DNA from: Tolypothrix carrinoi HA7290-LM1
GTDB lineage: Bacteria > Cyanobacteriota > Cyanobacteriia > Cyanobacteriales > Nostocaceae
Length of the DNA: 64,000 nucleotides
Direction of reading: 5' to 3'
Assembly: GCA_019358935.1 (NCBI GenBank)
Contig: JAHHIK010000027.1
Span: 13,802-77,801 of the forward strand
Part shown: positions 10,020-21,857 of the stretch, piece by piece
Position numbering within the stretch: the stretch's first letter is position 1
Layout: each line of letters opens with the position of its first letter
The notes under the pieces: model-generated
The model's database searches: none
Told to the model about the DNA's origin: nothing
Seen by the model: the letters and a program-made list of their open reading frames with translations, nothing else
Program-made: the position numbers and the translations under genes

Positions 10020-10535
10020 ATGAAAAAGGTTCTGATTATTGACACATGCCTTCTCTGCGTTTGGTTGAAAGTTCCGGGAATGGAAAGTTGCGGTTCTGAC
10101 AATGATGTGTGGGATTTTCAGCGTGTCAATCAGAAAATACAAGCAGAAATCGCTATATCTACAATTTTGGTGCTTCCCTTAGCTGTGGTTGTGGAAACTG
10201 GTAATCATATTGCACAAGCTAAAGCAAAACAGTATGAAACGGCTCAAGAATTTGCAAAAATTATGACTTTTGCAGCAGATGAAACAACTCCTTGGGCAGC
10301 TTTCGGTGAACAAATTGTGCTTTGGGAAGGAGAACAATTAAAAAAGTTAGCGGCTGAATTCCCCGAAAATGCCAAACAAAAGACTTCTATGGGCGATGCC
10401 AGTATTGTAAACTTAGGTAAACATTATCAACAAAAAAGCTTCCATGTCGAGTTTCTGACTGCTGATGAAGGTCTAAAGGCACAGGAACCACCTTTGCGAG
10501 AACCACCTACAAGACGCAGCGATCGCAGAAGATGA
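10020..10535 (+). CDS. PIN-like domain protein coupled to the upstream ATPase
   Basis: VLIIDT, VVVETGNHI, SMGDASI, LTADEGL acidic pattern; 8-bp gap after the ATPase. Confidence 0.6.
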   Translation: MKKVLIIDTCLLCVWLKVPGMESCGSDNDVWDFQRVNQKIQAEIAISTILVLPLAVVVETGNHIAQAKAKQYETAQEFAKIMTFAADETTPWAAFGEQIVLWEGEQLKKLAAEFPENAKQKTSMGDASIVNLGKHYQQKSFHVEFLTADEGLKAQEPPLREPPTRRSDRRR

Positions 10536-10620
10536 ACAAACTTTGAGAAATCTACAAATAAAACTAACAACACGTTATCATCAAATACTGTGGAATTTCC
10601 GTGCGTATAACTAGGCATCT

Positions 10621-13314
10621 ATGACTGCTTCTCATTCTGCAACCCCATCCACCAAACCCGATGCCAGTACATTTATCTCTGACCATCGAGCGGTCGATCG
10701 CACTAAGCTGAGTCAAATGTACCAGCATTATATCGAAACGAAGGAAAAGTATCCTCACGCGATGTTGCTGTATCGAGTAGGAGATTTCTTTGAATGTTAC
10801 TTTGAAGATGCGGTGACGCTAGCGCAGCAGTTAGAACTTGTTCTGACGAGCAAGCAAGCTGGAGAACAAGGACGTGTGGCGATGTCTGGTGTACCGCATC
10901 ACTCTTGGGAACGATACGCTACGCTGTTGGTGGAAAAAGGCTACGCTGTGGTAATATGCGACCAAGTGGAAGATGCTGCGGAAGCTGCTGGTAGGTTGGT
11001 ACGTCGGGAAATTACCCGCATCCTCACTCCCGGTACTTTGCTGGAAGATGGAATGCTAAAAGCAAGTCGCAATAATTACCTTGCGGCTGTGGTAATTGCT
11101 GGGGAACATTGGGGTTTGGCTTACGCAGATATATCTACAGGGGAATTTCTCACGACGCAAGCCAGTAATTTAGAACATCTGACACAAGAGTTAATGCGCT
11201 TGCAACCTTCGGAAGTGCTAATTCCGACGAATGCGCCAGATTTAGGTAGTTTACTGCGTCCTGGGGAAAAATCGGAACATCTGCCGGAATGTTTGCCACC
11301 ATCGTTTTGTTATGCTTTGCGATCGCAAGTTCCATTTTCTCAAGGTGAAGCCAGAGCTAAATTATTGCAGAAATTCAAAGTGCGATCGCTTGAAGGTTTG
11401 GGTTGCGATCGTCTTCCCCTCGCTGTTCGCGCTGCTGGCGGTCTTTTAGAATACCTCGAAGATACTCAAAAAGACCATCCGGTTTTCCTTCAAGCTTTAC
11501 GCACATATACAATTACTGATTATCTGATTGTTGACAATCAAACTCGCCGCAACCTAGAAATTACGCAAACCGTGCGCGATGGCACTTTTCACGGTTCTTT
11601 GCTTTGGGCGTTGGATAGAACCAGCACGGCAATGGGTGGACGTGCTTTGAGAAGATGGTTATTACAACCGCTACTCGATATTAAAGGCATTCGAGCGCGG
11701 CAAGATACGATCGCAGAGTTAATCGAAAATACACCTCGGCGTCAAGATTTGCGGCAATTGTTACGTCAAATTTATGACTTGGAACGGTTGACGGGACGCG
11801 CCGGTTCTGGTACAGCAAATGCGCGAGATTTGGTGGCTTTGGCTGATTCTTTGGCGCGTTTACCAGAATTAGCTAGCTTGGTGGCTGATACTCGTTCTCC
11901 CTTTTTGAAAGCTTTGCAGAAAGTGCCGCCTGTTTTGTCAGAGTTGGCAGAAAAGTTACACGTTCATCTGGTGGAGTCACCGCCAATACATTTAACTGAA
12001 GGGGGGTTGATTCGCCAAGGTGTGAATTCTCTGTTGGATGAGAGAAAAATAACTGTGGAAGGCGATCAGCAATGGATTGCTAATTTGGAAGTTGACGAAA
12101 GAGCAAAGACGGGAATTCCCACGTTGAAGGTAGGATACAATAAGACCTTTGGATATTATATCAGTATTTCTCGCGCGAAGGCGGATTCTGTCCCCAGTAA
12201 TTACATCCGCAAGCAAACGCTGACGAATGAGGAACGTTACATCACGCCGGAGTTGAAGGAACGAGAAGCAAGAATTCTCTCGGCGCGGGATGATTTAAAT
12301 CAGTTGGAATATGAGATTTTTACGGCGTTGCGTGATGAGGTGGGAACACATGGCTCGGAAATTCGCATTCTTTCGCGTGCGGTAGCGGCAGCTGATGTGT
12401 TGTGCGGTTTGGCTGAGTTGGGGGTACATCAAGGTTATTGCCGTCCGGAGATGGTTGCGGGAAGGGAGATTTTGGTTGTGGATGGGCGTCATCCGGTGGT
12501 GGAACAGTCTTTGCCTGCCGGGTTTTTTGTGCCGAATTCTACGCAGCTTGGAGGAACGAACCGCAGAGACGCAGAGGACGCAGAGGAGGAAGGGGGAGGG
12601 GGACAAGGAGGACAAGGGAGACAAGGGGACAAGGGCGACGGGCGTGGGGACAATTCTTTCCCCCCCTCTCCCACTCCCCCCCTCTCCTCATCTCCCCATC
12701 CCGATTTAATCATTCTCACGGGTCCGAATGCGAGTGGTAAGAGTTGTTATTTGAGACAGGTGGGCTTAATACAACTTATGGCGCAAATTGGTAGTTTTGT
12801 GCCGGCTTCTTTTGCCAAGTTGGGAGTGTGCGATCGCATTTTTACGCGGGTGGGTGCGGTGGATGATTTGGCAACGGGTCAATCTACTTTTATGGTGGAG
12901 ATGAATGAAACGGCGAATATTCTCAATCATGCGACTGAGCGATCGCTTGTTTTGTTAGATGAAATTGGACGCGGTACGGCAACTTTTGACGGTCTTTCGA
13001 TTGCTTGGGCTGTGGCGGAATATTTGGCGGTGGATATTCGAGCGCGAACGATTTTTGCTACACATTACCACGAGTTGAATGAGTTGGCGGCAATGTTACC
13101 GAATGTTGCTAATTATCAGGTGACGGTGAAGGAGTTACCTGACCAAATTATCTTTTTGCATCAAGTTCAACCAGGAGGTGCTGATAAGTCTTATGGTATT
13201 GAAGCAGGAAGATTAGCGGGTTTACCTGCGGTGGTAATTCAACGTGCAAAACAGGTGATGGGGCAAATTGAAAAGCATAGTAAGATTGCGATGGGTTTGC
13301 AAAGTTTGGATTGA
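10621..13314 (+). CDS. mutS: DNA mismatch repair protein MutS with in-frame repeat-derived insertion
   Basis: [56 protein letters not shown]. Confidence 0.97.
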   Translation: MTASHSATPSTKPDASTFISDHRAVDRTKLSQMYQHYIETKEKYPHAMLLYRVGDFFECYFEDAVTLAQQLELVLTSKQAGEQGRVAMSGVPHHSWERYATLLVEKGYAVVICDQVEDAAEAAGRLVRREITRILTPGTLLEDGMLKASRNNYLAAVVIAGEHWGLAYADISTGEFLTTQASNLEHLTQELMRLQPSEVLIPTNAPDLGSLLRPGEKSEHLPECLPPSFCYALRSQVPFSQGEARAKLLQKFKVRSLEGLGCDRLPLAVRAAGGLLEYLEDTQKDHPVFLQALRTYTITDYLIVDNQTRRNLEITQTVRDGTFHGSLLWALDRTSTAMGGRALRRWLLQPLLDIKGIRARQDTIAELIENTPRRQDLRQLLRQIYDLERLTGRAGSGTANARDLVALADSLARLPELASLVADTRSPFLKALQKVPPVLSELAEKLHVHLVESPPIHLTEGGLIRQGVNSLLDERKITVEGDQQWIANLEVDERAKTGIPTLKVGYNKTFGYYISISRAKADSVPSNYIRKQTLTNEERYITPELKEREARILSARDDLNQLEYEIFTALRDEVGTHGSEIRILSRAVAAADVLCGLAELGVHQGYCRPEMVAGREILVVDGRHPVVEQSLPAGFFVPNSTQLGGTNRRDAEDAEEEGGGGQGGQGRQGDKGDGRGDNSFPPSPTPPLSSSPHPDLIILTGPNASGKSCYLRQVGLIQLMAQIGSFVPASFAKLGVCDRIFTRVGAVDDLATGQSTFMVEMNETANILNHATERSLVLLDEIGRGTATFDGLSIAWAVAEYLAVDIRARTIFATHYHELNELAAMLPNVANYQVTVKELPDQIIFLHQVQPGGADKSYGIEAGRLAGLPAVVIQRAKQVMGQIEKHSKIAMGLQSLD

Positions 13315-13385
13315 TGAAGGAGGGATATTAAGCTATATCTATATAACTGAACTAGACTTTATTTAGTAGATAAGAAGGTAGCAAC

Positions 13386-14000
13386 ATGACTACAACCAAA
13401 CAAATAGTTACCTTTGAGCAGTATTTGACTTATAACGATGGTACTGATACACGCTACGAACTTGAGCGAGGAGAATTAATACCGATGTCTCAACCCCGTG
13501 GAGGACATGGTGAAATCATGCACTTTTTGGAACGCTCATTTACAGCAGAAATCGAGCGACTGAAGTTAGATTGGGTTGCGCGTCAAGCTGCGATCGGTGT
13601 TAGAGTACCTCAAGTGGGTAGACGGGATACTTCTAGAGTTCCAGATGTGACAGTTTTACCTTTGTCACATGGGAAAAATTTGAGAAATAGAGAAGCTGTA
13701 ATTGAACTTAATGAAGAACCACCGTTATTAGTTGTAGAAGTTGTGAGTGCGGGAACTGAAAGTCGTGACCATCGCGCCAAAAGAGCAGAATACAATATCC
13801 TTGGTATCCCAGTTTATCTGCTGGTTGATTTTCTAGATTTCGACCAAAATGGCAAAGCAGTAGATAAGCGGGTAACAGTTCTAACTTTGGTTGAAGGCTT
13901 TTATGATGAAGCAGTTTATAGAGGAGAAGAAGTAATTCAAATTCCCACATTTTCTGAGTTGAAGCTGACTGCTAACCAAGTTATTAATGCTGGTACATAG
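13386..14000 (+). CDS. Uma2 family protein
   Basis: TFEQYL...YELERGELIPM, RVPDV, PPLLVVEVVS, KRAEY. Confidence 0.9.
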   Translation: MTTTKQIVTFEQYLTYNDGTDTRYELERGELIPMSQPRGGHGEIMHFLERSFTAEIERLKLDWVARQAAIGVRVPQVGRRDTSRVPDVTVLPLSHGKNLRNREAVIELNEEPPLLVVEVVSAGTESRDHRAKRAEYNILGIPVYLLVDFLDFDQNGKAVDKRVTVLTLVEGFYDEAVYRGEEVIQIPTFSELKLTANQVINAGT

Positions 14001-14030
14001 GTTATACTGTTATAACATTTATGAAAAATT

Positions 14031-14561
14031 ATGTCAGAATTAACAGGAATTTTACAACGCATTTCTACTTGGGTGCAACAATATCAACCAGAGAAAGATG
14101 GGAAAAAAATTCCTCTTTTAGCCCCTGGTTTAACGCACGAAGAAATTGAAAGTAAAGTTAAAGATTTGCCATTTCGTCTATCTGAAGAACTGTATGAACT
14201 TTATCAGTGGCACAACGGAGGTTACAGTTGTTTTTTAACAGCAGAAGAACAAGAATTTGTCAAGAAATCTTCCGAACAAATCAAAGCTTTTTCTGCGCGT
14301 GAGATTGTTCATTTCATTTCTTTAGATGAAGCATTAAGCTACGCTATTTCGCGTGAAAGTAAAGCAGGAAAACACATATTTCCTATCTTTGCATGGGAAA
14401 ATAACTCTGAATGTGCGCTTCTAGACTCAGAGCAGCGAGAAACTTCTCCAATTGTCGATAGTTCCACTCCCAGCGAAAAATATATCAGCTTTCCGAGCAT
14501 CACTAATATGATGCTGTATTATACAAGACTTCTGGAATCAAAATACCTCTGGATATACTAA
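14031..14561 (+). CDS. SMI1/KNR4 (SUKH) family protein
   Basis: LAPGLTHEEIE...LPFRLSEELYELYQWHNG; FISLDEAL; IFPIF. Confidence 0.8.
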   Translation: MSELTGILQRISTWVQQYQPEKDGKKIPLLAPGLTHEEIESKVKDLPFRLSEELYELYQWHNGGYSCFLTAEEQEFVKKSSEQIKAFSAREIVHFISLDEALSYAISRESKAGKHIFPIFAWENNSECALLDSEQRETSPIVDSSTPSEKYISFPSITNMMLYYTRLLESKYLWIY

Positions 14562-14632
14562 CTACAAAAACTCTGCGTCACTCTGCGTTTACCTTTGTGT
14601 TCCTCTGCGTTTAAAAACGTTATGAACTTAAC

Positions 14633-15901
14633 TTATCTTCCTCTATCCCTTTCCAAATCATCAATCACTGTTTGCAAATACCACTCCTCTGACATTCCCG
14701 GATAGTAATTCTTTTTCTGCTCAATTAGTCGTTGGGCAATTTCCCAATATCCCCCTACCATTCTCAACAAACGTTGACGTAGCAAATCGTATTTGGCATT
14801 TTTTACTTCCGGGGTAGAGGATTGAATTTTTTTCAAGCTATTTAAGACTTGTTGATAATTCTGCCAATCTTCTTTTTCACAAAACATACTTGCCGCACGC
14901 TGATAATCTTCAATCGCGTGTTGCATTTCTTCTAAATGAGTATAGGCAATACCGCGATTATAATACGCATGGGCATTATCAGAATCAATTTGCAACGCTT
15001 GGGTGTAATCTTTAATTGCCGCGTAATAATTACTCATTGCTCGATGAGTATTTCCTCTGGCAATATATATTAAAGCATCTTCAGGCTGCATTTGCAGTGC
15101 AGAATTATAGTCAGTTAATGCACCTTGATGATCTCCTAACTGAGAACGTGCTTTTCCTCGGTTGCGATATACGATGCTAGATTGAAAATTTAAACGCAGC
15201 GCTGAGTTAAAATCAGAAATAGCATCGCGATAATTTCCTTGTTTGCAACGTACCACCCCGCGACAGCAGTAAGCTACACCATCTTGCGGATCGACTTGCA
15301 ACACCCAGTTTAAATCATCGATCGCTTGCTTTGTGTCTCCTTTTTCTGCCTTTTCTAACAAGGTGCGGAAATATTCATTTTCGGAAATTATTGGTGCGGG
15401 GGTAGAAATTGATGGCTTTACAGCAGAATATTCTTTAGGTTGTAGCTGCTTGATGCTTTCCAGACATTGACGACATTTTTTTTTGTCGTTTTTCTTGAGA
15501 TATAATTCTGCGGCTTTTTTGAAGTTAGCGATCGCATCTTGAATATACCCTTCTTTGCGGCGCACAATTCCCCGCAGATGATAAGCTGCGGCATAATTTA
15601 CTTCAAGTGAAATAGCTTTATCGACATCCGCAAGCGCACCAGGTAGATTTTTCAGCGTTAACCGTGCTAATGCGCGATAATAATATGCTTCTACACTTTC
15701 AGGATTATGTTTCAGAGCTTCAGTATAATCTGAGACAGCTTGGAGAGTTGCTCCTGAGTCATAATATGCTAAACCCCGTTGCGTGTAAGCTGACGCAAAG
15801 TAAGGATCTTCTTGCAAAGCACGGGTAAATTCCTCAATAGCTTTAGTGTAGTCTTTTTGCCGAGCTAGTTCTAGTCCTTTATTGTAGAATTCGTTATTCA
15901 T
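14633..15901 (-). CDS. TPR repeat protein
   Basis: Repeated AYxxRG...AIxDYxxAL units. Confidence 0.9.
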   Translation of the reverse strand: MNNEFYNKGLELARQKDYTKAIEEFTRALQEDPYFASAYTQRGLAYYDSGATLQAVSDYTEALKHNPESVEAYYYRALARLTLKNLPGALADVDKAISLEVNYAAAYHLRGIVRRKEGYIQDAIANFKKAAELYLKKNDKKKCRQCLESIKQLQPKEYSAVKPSISTPAPIISENEYFRTLLEKAEKGDTKQAIDDLNWVLQVDPQDGVAYCCRGVVRCKQGNYRDAISDFNSALRLNFQSSIVYRNRGKARSQLGDHQGALTDYNSALQMQPEDALIYIARGNTHRAMSNYYAAIKDYTQALQIDSDNAHAYYNRGIAYTHLEEMQHAIEDYQRAASMFCEKEDWQNYQQVLNSLKKIQSSTPEVKNAKYDLLRQRLLRMVGGYWEIAQRLIEQKKNYYPGMSEEWYLQTVIDDLERDRGR

Positions 15902-15980
15902 GGCTTTTGTTTAACTCAGTTATTTAATTGTAGTAAGCACTGAAGTGCTTACTACGAATTTTTTTCAATACTTTGTAAAA

Positions 15981-17129
15981 ATGAAAATTAGAACTGTTAC
16001 AACTGGTATATCACTTTCTTCTCTTAAAGAAATAGATAAGATTAAGCAAGCGTCTGAGTTTAATCAGCAAGCAAAGCTGATAATTGAAGAACAGGGATAT
16101 GAAGTACAAACAACTAGAATTGCGACTAATTCCTGGGAAGAATATCTAGATAATTTCTCAATAAGTGAAATTCTCAATCAAGTTAAAAGAATCGAAGAAG
16201 TTTGCCAAAAGTTGAATATTAGCTTTTTCAGTCTTGGTTACGCAAGTCAACCGGAAACCATCGCTTTGATTCCAGAGATTATCAAAAATACATCGATTTT
16301 TTACACTTCCAGTAAAATAGGCGATCGCTTGTCTGGGATAAACTTTGAAAATGCCAAAAAATCTGCAAAAGTTATCCAGCGAGTTTCTCAAGAAAGCGAA
16401 CATGGTTATGGTAACTTTCATTTTTGCGCTTGGGCAAATTGTCAATCAGGAATTCCGTTTTTTCCTACTGCGTATCATCAAGGTAAAACGTCTTTCGCTA
16501 TCGGGTTGGAATTATGCGACTTGGTAATGCAAGCATTTTCTGATGCTAATGATATTCTTGATGCGTCAGAAAAGCTGAAATTGATTTTAGATAAAGAATT
16601 AAGGAAAATTGAGGCGATCGCTCTCACAATATCCGCTAAATTTGCGATAGAATATCAAGGAATTGACACTTCTCTTGCACCATCTTTAGGCAAAAAAGAA
16701 AGTATTGCCTATGCTTATGAAAAAATCATGGATGGAAAGTTTGGAAATCAAGGTACATTAGCAATATCAGGAATGCTAACTCGCGTTTTGAAAAGCGTCT
16801 CTGTAAAAACTTGCGGCTATTCTGGGTTAATGCTTCCAGTTTGTGAAGATGTCGGTTTAGCTGCAAGAGCTAACGAGCAAACTTATAATATCACAAATTT
16901 ATTAGCTTATTCTGCTGTGTGTGGTTGCGGACTTGATACGGTTCCGATTCCGGGTGATATTACAATAGAAAAGATTACCGCGATATTAATTGATATGGCG
17001 ACTTTGGCGATAAAGTTAGATAAACCACTTTCAGCAAGGTTGTTTCCGATTCCTGGGAAAAAAGCTGGGGAAATGACTGCGTTCGATTCACCGTATTTGG
17101 TGGATTGTAGAATATTTGATGTGGAATAA
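15981..17129 (+). CDS. DUF711 family protein
   Basis: MKIRTVT, VQTTRIA, PFFP, GYSGLMLPVCED, VCGCGLDTVPIPGD, KPLSARL. Confidence 0.85.
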   Translation: MKIRTVTTGISLSSLKEIDKIKQASEFNQQAKLIIEEQGYEVQTTRIATNSWEEYLDNFSISEILNQVKRIEEVCQKLNISFFSLGYASQPETIALIPEIIKNTSIFYTSSKIGDRLSGINFENAKKSAKVIQRVSQESEHGYGNFHFCAWANCQSGIPFFPTAYHQGKTSFAIGLELCDLVMQAFSDANDILDASEKLKLILDKELRKIEAIALTISAKFAIEYQGIDTSLAPSLGKKESIAYAYEKIMDGKFGNQGTLAISGMLTRVLKSVSVKTCGYSGLMLPVCEDVGLAARANEQTYNITNLLAYSAVCGCGLDTVPIPGDITIEKITAILIDMATLAIKLDKPLSARLFPIPGKKAGEMTAFDSPYLVDCRIFDVE

Positions 17130-17189
17130 TATTTAGATTATTTCACGCAAAGGCGCAAAGGCGCAAAGAAAAGAGAAAATATTTAAGAC

Positions 17190-18407
17190 ATGAGTTATTT
17201 AATTCCGGATACGGCACTTTCTATAGCTGGGTTAACTGATTATATTCGGTTACTGTTAGAGCAAGATGAACAATTGCGGCAAGTTTGGGTAACTGGTGAA
17301 GTTTCTAGCGCAAATCAACATCGCAGTGGGTTATTTTTCACTTTACAAGATCCAGATGGAAGCGCAGCAATTAAATGTGTGGTGTGGAATAGTCAATTAA
17401 CAAAACTTGCACAGATACCGATTCGCGGTGAACAGATAATTATTTTGGGTAATATTCGAGTTTATCCGCAAAGAGGAGAATATCAACTTACAGTTTGGCA
17501 GGTTTTGCCTGCTGGTGTGGGTTTACAAGCGTTGCGCTATCAACAATTAAAAAATCGCTTGCAAGAGGAGGGTTTGTTTGATGTAGAAAGAAAGCGATCG
17601 CTTCCAATTCATCCGCAAATTATCGCTGTTGTCACTTCCCCCACAGCTGCTGCTTGGGGTGATATTCAAAAAACACTTAAACAACGATATCCCGGTTTAC
17701 ATGTTTTATTTTCGCCGGCAACGGTGCAAGGTGAACAAGCACCAGCATCTATTGTAAAGGCGATCGCCCGCGTAGAGCGAGATAATCGCGCCGAAGTGTT
17801 AATTTTATCGCGGGGAGGTGGCTCAGTTGAAGAATTAGCTTGCTTTAATGATGAAAGGGTAGTACGTGCAGTTGCTGATTGTACAATTCCGGTAATTACT
17901 GGGATTGGTCATCAAAGAGATGAATCTTTGGTAGATTTAACTGCGGATGCTTGCGTACATACTCCCACAGCTGCGGCAGAATTAGTTGTGCCGGCACTTG
18001 CAGAGTTGTATGCTGAACAGAATGCGCGAATTGCAGTTTTACACGACGCGATGCGAATTAGAATGCAAACTGCGGGAAATAAACTGCACGCAATGCGCGA
18101 TCGCTTGCAACGTTTGCGTTTAGATCGACAAGTACAGCAAGAAGTAAAAAATCTCAGTTGGAAACGTCAGCAATTAATCCAAGTTACTACAGGCAGATTG
18201 CAGCAAGCAACCCAACATGTAGAATTGTTGCGGCAAAAGTTGACAACTCTCGACCCGCAGGCAGTTTTACAGCGCGGTTACGCTGTGGTAAAACAAGAAA
18301 ATGGGGCGATCGCTCGTTCTGCAACTGAGTTAGAACTAGGACAAGAATTATCGATTCAGTTAGCGCAAGGAAAAGTTAAAGTGAAAATTACCGAAGTTAA
18401 TGGTTAA
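17190..18407 (+). CDS. xseA: Exodeoxyribonuclease VII large subunit
   Basis: [53 protein letters not shown]. Confidence 0.96.
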   Translation: MSYLIPDTALSIAGLTDYIRLLLEQDEQLRQVWVTGEVSSANQHRSGLFFTLQDPDGSAAIKCVVWNSQLTKLAQIPIRGEQIIILGNIRVYPQRGEYQLTVWQVLPAGVGLQALRYQQLKNRLQEEGLFDVERKRSLPIHPQIIAVVTSPTAAAWGDIQKTLKQRYPGLHVLFSPATVQGEQAPASIVKAIARVERDNRAEVLILSRGGGSVEELACFNDERVVRAVADCTIPVITGIGHQRDESLVDLTADACVHTPTAAAELVVPALAELYAEQNARIAVLHDAMRIRMQTAGNKLHAMRDRLQRLRLDRQVQQEVKNLSWKRQQLIQVTTGRLQQATQHVELLRQKLTTLDPQAVLQRGYAVVKQENGAIARSATELELGQELSIQLAQGKVKVKITEVNG

Positions 18408-18630
18408 ACGTAAAACTACTTCTACTTCCGAGATGGATGGTGGAAATTATGAAGCGAAAGTTGCCGAAATCGAAACAATTATCACTCGCATAGAAGCGGG
18501 TGAATTACAATTAGAAGAAGTATTTTCACAATTTGCCACAGCTATTGAATATCTACGTCAATGCGAAACTTTCCTGCAACAGCGACAGCAGCAGGTAAAC
18601 TTGTTAATTGAGACTTTAAACGATGAATAA
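18400..18630 (+). CDS. xseB: Exodeoxyribonuclease VII small subunit
   Basis: [12 protein letters not shown]...LQLEEV...C...L; overlaps xseA. Confidence 0.92.
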   Translation: MVKRKTTSTSEMDGGNYEAKVAEIETIITRIEAGELQLEEVFSQFATAIEYLRQCETFLQQRQQQVNLLIETLNDE

Positions 18631-18635
18631 CCGTC

Positions 18636-18664
18636 GTAGAGACGTTCCATCGGAACGTCTCTAC
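18636..18664. repeat. GTAG-type REP-like palindrome between convergent genes
   Basis: gtagagacgttcc-atc-ggaacgtctctac. Confidence 0.8.
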
Positions 18665-18695
18665 AATATATGTGATTTTATTTTGAAAAAGCGAT

Positions 18696-19355
18696 TTACG
18701 ATCCAGGTAATTCGCCAAATTGTTGGCGATATTCAGTCAATAACTCTTCAGCAGTTTGATAGCGATAATTTTGTTTATTATACCAATATAACACCTCACG
18801 CTGTAAACCTCCATCTGAATTGATGCCTCTACCAATTCCCAAACCGACTTCTTGCATCCAAAATGGTTCACCAATTTGTAACTGATAAAAGCCATCTACT
18901 AATTTATAAACTTCAAAAGGTTGATGTTGGTCGCGCTGACAAAAATTAGGATTGTAAACTATATAATAGAGTACATCCAATTTCGCGTAGATTTCCATTT
19001 TGTTATCGTATTCTCCCCCATAAGTTTGAGAAACAACTTCTAAAAGAAATGTCGGAACAATACCATTTTCTTCCCAAACTACATAACTTGAGCGACTCCC
19101 ACTAGCTTTTCTCCTTTCTACTCCCAAACTGAGAAAACCATCTGGGACTACGGGTACTCTCGGATTTACCCCTGTGGTATGATATATAGCCATATCAACA
19201 CCAAAGAACCAATCTAAGCGCTTTGCCCAAATTGATTGAAGTAAGAATAAAAGAAAATTTGGTAGGAAATTTTGGTCTTCATTATCCACAGGAATATCGT
19301 CAGAACAGGGAAGTTCCAAACTCGTTGGTAAACGATCGCATGTAAAATCTACCAT
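18696..19355 (-). CDS. Uma2 family protein
   Basis: ELPCSDDIPVDNEDQ, WFFGVDM, VVPDGFLSLGV, SYVVWEE, LEVVSQT. Confidence 0.9.
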   Translation of the reverse strand: MVDFTCDRLPTSLELPCSDDIPVDNEDQNFLPNFLLFLLQSIWAKRLDWFFGVDMAIYHTTGVNPRVPVVPDGFLSLGVERRKASGSRSSYVVWEENGIVPTFLLEVVSQTYGGEYDNKMEIYAKLDVLYYIVYNPNFCQRDQHQPFEVYKLVDGFYQLQIGEPFWMQEVGLGIGRGINSDGGLQREVLYWYNKQNYRYQTAEELLTEYRQQFGELPGS

Positions 19356-19407
19356 AATAACCGCCTTCAATTTAAACTAGATTTATTATAGGCAATTACA
19401 AATTAAC

Positions 19408-20256
19408 TCAAGATTTTGAAAGAGCAAGAGCATGATGGCGAATGTGGTCTTCAATAAAAGTAGCAATAAAATAATAACTGTGGTCATAGCCTTCTTGATA
19501 ACGCAAATTTAAAGGCTGTTTAACTGCCGCGCAAGCTTGTGCAAATAACTTCGGCTTTAATTGCTCAGTTAAATACTTATCATCAGTACCTTGGTCAATT
19601 AAAATCAAACTGTGATATCTTTCTTTTTGCACCAATTCGCAAGCATCATAAGCAGCCCAACTTAACTTATTATCACCCAAATAGCGGCTGAGAGTCTTTT
19701 CTCCCCAAGGACAACGCATAGGTGCAACAATAGGAGCGAAAGCAGATACAGATTTGTATAACTTTGGGTTTCTCAACGCACAAACAATAGCACCATGTCC
19801 CCCCATCGAATGACCGAAAATGCTTTGATTATTAAGTTGTGCGGGGAAATGTTCGTTAATTAAAGCAGGTAACTCAGAAACAACATAACTGTACATTTGA
19901 TAATGCGATCGCCACGGTAGAGAAGTAGCATCAACATAAAACCCAGCACCCGTGCCAAAATCCCACTCATCATCCTCACCAGGAATCCCCGTATTGCGCG
20001 GACTCGTATCCGGTGCAACCAACATTAAATTATACTCTGCCGCAAAGCGTTGCGCCCCCGCCTTCACCATAAAATTCTCTTCCGTACTACTCAAACCAGA
20101 GAGAAAATAAAGAACCGGAACAGCTTGCGTTTTTGCTTGCGGTGGTTGATAGACAGCAAAGCGCATTTCCCCGTTACAGGTAGAAGAAAGATGACTGTAA
20201 AAGCCCACCTTACCACCAAAAGATTTATATTCTGATACAAGATTGATATTATTCAT
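19408..20256 (-). CDS. fghA: S-formylglutathione hydrolase
   Basis: LYFLSGL, PDTSPR, GAGFY, GHSMGGHGA, GYDHSYYF. Confidence 0.96.
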   Translation of the reverse strand: MNNINLVSEYKSFGGKVGFYSHLSSTCNGEMRFAVYQPPQAKTQAVPVLYFLSGLSSTEENFMVKAGAQRFAAEYNLMLVAPDTSPRNTGIPGEDDEWDFGTGAGFYVDATSLPWRSHYQMYSYVVSELPALINEHFPAQLNNQSIFGHSMGGHGAIVCALRNPKLYKSVSAFAPIVAPMRCPWGEKTLSRYLGDNKLSWAAYDACELVQKERYHSLILIDQGTDDKYLTEQLKPKLFAQACAAVKQPLNLRYQEGYDHSYYFIATFIEDHIRHHALALSKS

Positions 20257-20258
20257 TA

Positions 20259-20376
20259 CTCGTTCCCAGCTTATAGCTGGGAATGCTAATCAGGAGGCTC
20301 TGCCTCCAATATTTTACAAGACAATGTGAGGCAGCAGCCCCACACTAGGCATTCCCTGTCAGAGACAGGGAACGAG
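20259..20376. mobile_element. ~118-bp MITE/REP-like element with terminal inverted repeats and internal hairpins
   Basis: ctcgttccc...gggaacgag ends; internal hairpins ttcccagc/gctgggaa, gaggc/gcctc and ttccctg/cagggaa. Confidence 0.6.
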
Positions 20377-20542
20377 AGGGATGAGGAGATTTTTTATCTC
20401 ACGCAAAGACGCAGAGACGCAAAGAAGAACGCAAGAATAAGTATCATTACTACCTTCTACTCTCTTCTTCGTGTTCTTCTCTTCGAGACGCTTCGCGAAC
20501 GCGCCTTCTCCTTCAAAGACGCCAAGGGCGAACGCGGTTCGT

Positions 20543-21655
20543 TTAATCAAACATTACCACACTACGAATCGACTCCCCCTTATGCATCAAATCAAAAGCA
20601 TCATTAATCTTCTCAATCGGCATAACATGAGTAATCAAATCATCAATATTAATCTTCCCATCCATATACCAATCAACAATTTTCGGCACATCAGTACGTC
20701 CCCTCGCACCACCAAAAGCCGAACCTTTCCAAACACGTCCCGTCACAAGTTGAAAAGGACGAGTTTTAATTTCCTCACCCGCACCAGCAACACCAATAAT
20801 CACACTCACACCCCAACCTTTATGACAGCATTCTAAAGCTTGGCGCATAATATTCACATTACCAATACACTCAAAAGAATAATCAGCACCACCTTTCGTT
20901 AAATCTACCAAATAAGGCACCAAATCTCCTTCAACTTCCTTCGGATTAACAAAGTGCGTCATCCCAAACTTTTCTGCCAAAGCGCGTTTATTCGGATTAA
21001 TATCCACCCCAACAATCATGTTAGCTCCTACCATCCGCGCTGCTTGGATGACATTCAAGCCAATACCACCCAAACCGAAAACTACGACATTCGCACCCGG
21101 TTCGACTTTCGCTGTATTGATAACTGCACCGATACCCGTAGTTACGCCACAGCCGATGTAACAAACCTTATCAAAAGGCGCATCTTCACGAATTTTCGCC
21201 ACAGCAATTTCTGGCAATACTGTATAATTTGCGAATGTAGATGTACCCATATAATGATGAATCATCTGCCCGTCGATAGAAAAGCGACTAGTACCATCAG
21301 GCATCACACCGCGTCCTTGAGTAGTGCGAATTGCTTGACAAAGGTTGGTTTTTAAGCTAAGGCAATATTCACACTGACGGCATTCGGGAGTGTATAAAGG
21401 AATTACACGATCGCCTGGTTTTAAGCTAGTGACGCCTTCGCCAATTTCCACGACAACACCAGCACCTTCATGTCCTAAAATTGCGGGAAATAAGCCTTCA
21501 GGGTCTTTTCCAGAAAGGGTGTAAGCATCGGTATGACAAACCCCACTGGCTTTAATTTCGATTAAAACTTCTCCAGCGCGTGGTGATTCAAGTTGCACTG
21601 TTTCAATACTTAATGGCTTTCCTGCACCGTAAGCGATCGCTGCTTTAACTTCCAC
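20543..21655 (-). CDS. frmA: S-(hydroxymethyl)glutathione dehydrogenase / class III alcohol dehydrogenase
   Basis: [25 protein letters not shown]...[25 protein letters not shown]. Confidence 0.96.
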   Translation of the reverse strand: MEVKAAIAYGAGKPLSIETVQLESPRAGEVLIEIKASGVCHTDAYTLSGKDPEGLFPAILGHEGAGVVVEIGEGVTSLKPGDRVIPLYTPECRQCEYCLSLKTNLCQAIRTTQGRGVMPDGTSRFSIDGQMIHHYMGTSTFANYTVLPEIAVAKIREDAPFDKVCYIGCGVTTGIGAVINTAKVEPGANVVVFGLGGIGLNVIQAARMVGANMIVGVDINPNKRALAEKFGMTHFVNPKEVEGDLVPYLVDLTKGGADYSFECIGNVNIMRQALECCHKGWGVSVIIGVAGAGEEIKTRPFQLVTGRVWKGSAFGGARGRTDVPKIVDWYMDGKINIDDLITHVMPIEKINDAFDLMHKGESIRSVVMFD

Positions 21656-21857
21656 TTTTGTGCCTTTTTGCGTAGATTAAACTATTATTTTGCCTCACGC
21701 AAAGGCGCATAGACGCAAAGAAGAGTGTTTAAGATGGCATTTTCTAAGGAGATTGGTACATTGGTTACAGGCGGTAAAGCTTCCAGGTAATATCGACCTG
21801 CCAGCAAAAACCGCTATATAATTTGTCAATTCCTCAGTTTATCCTGTTGCACTGCTT

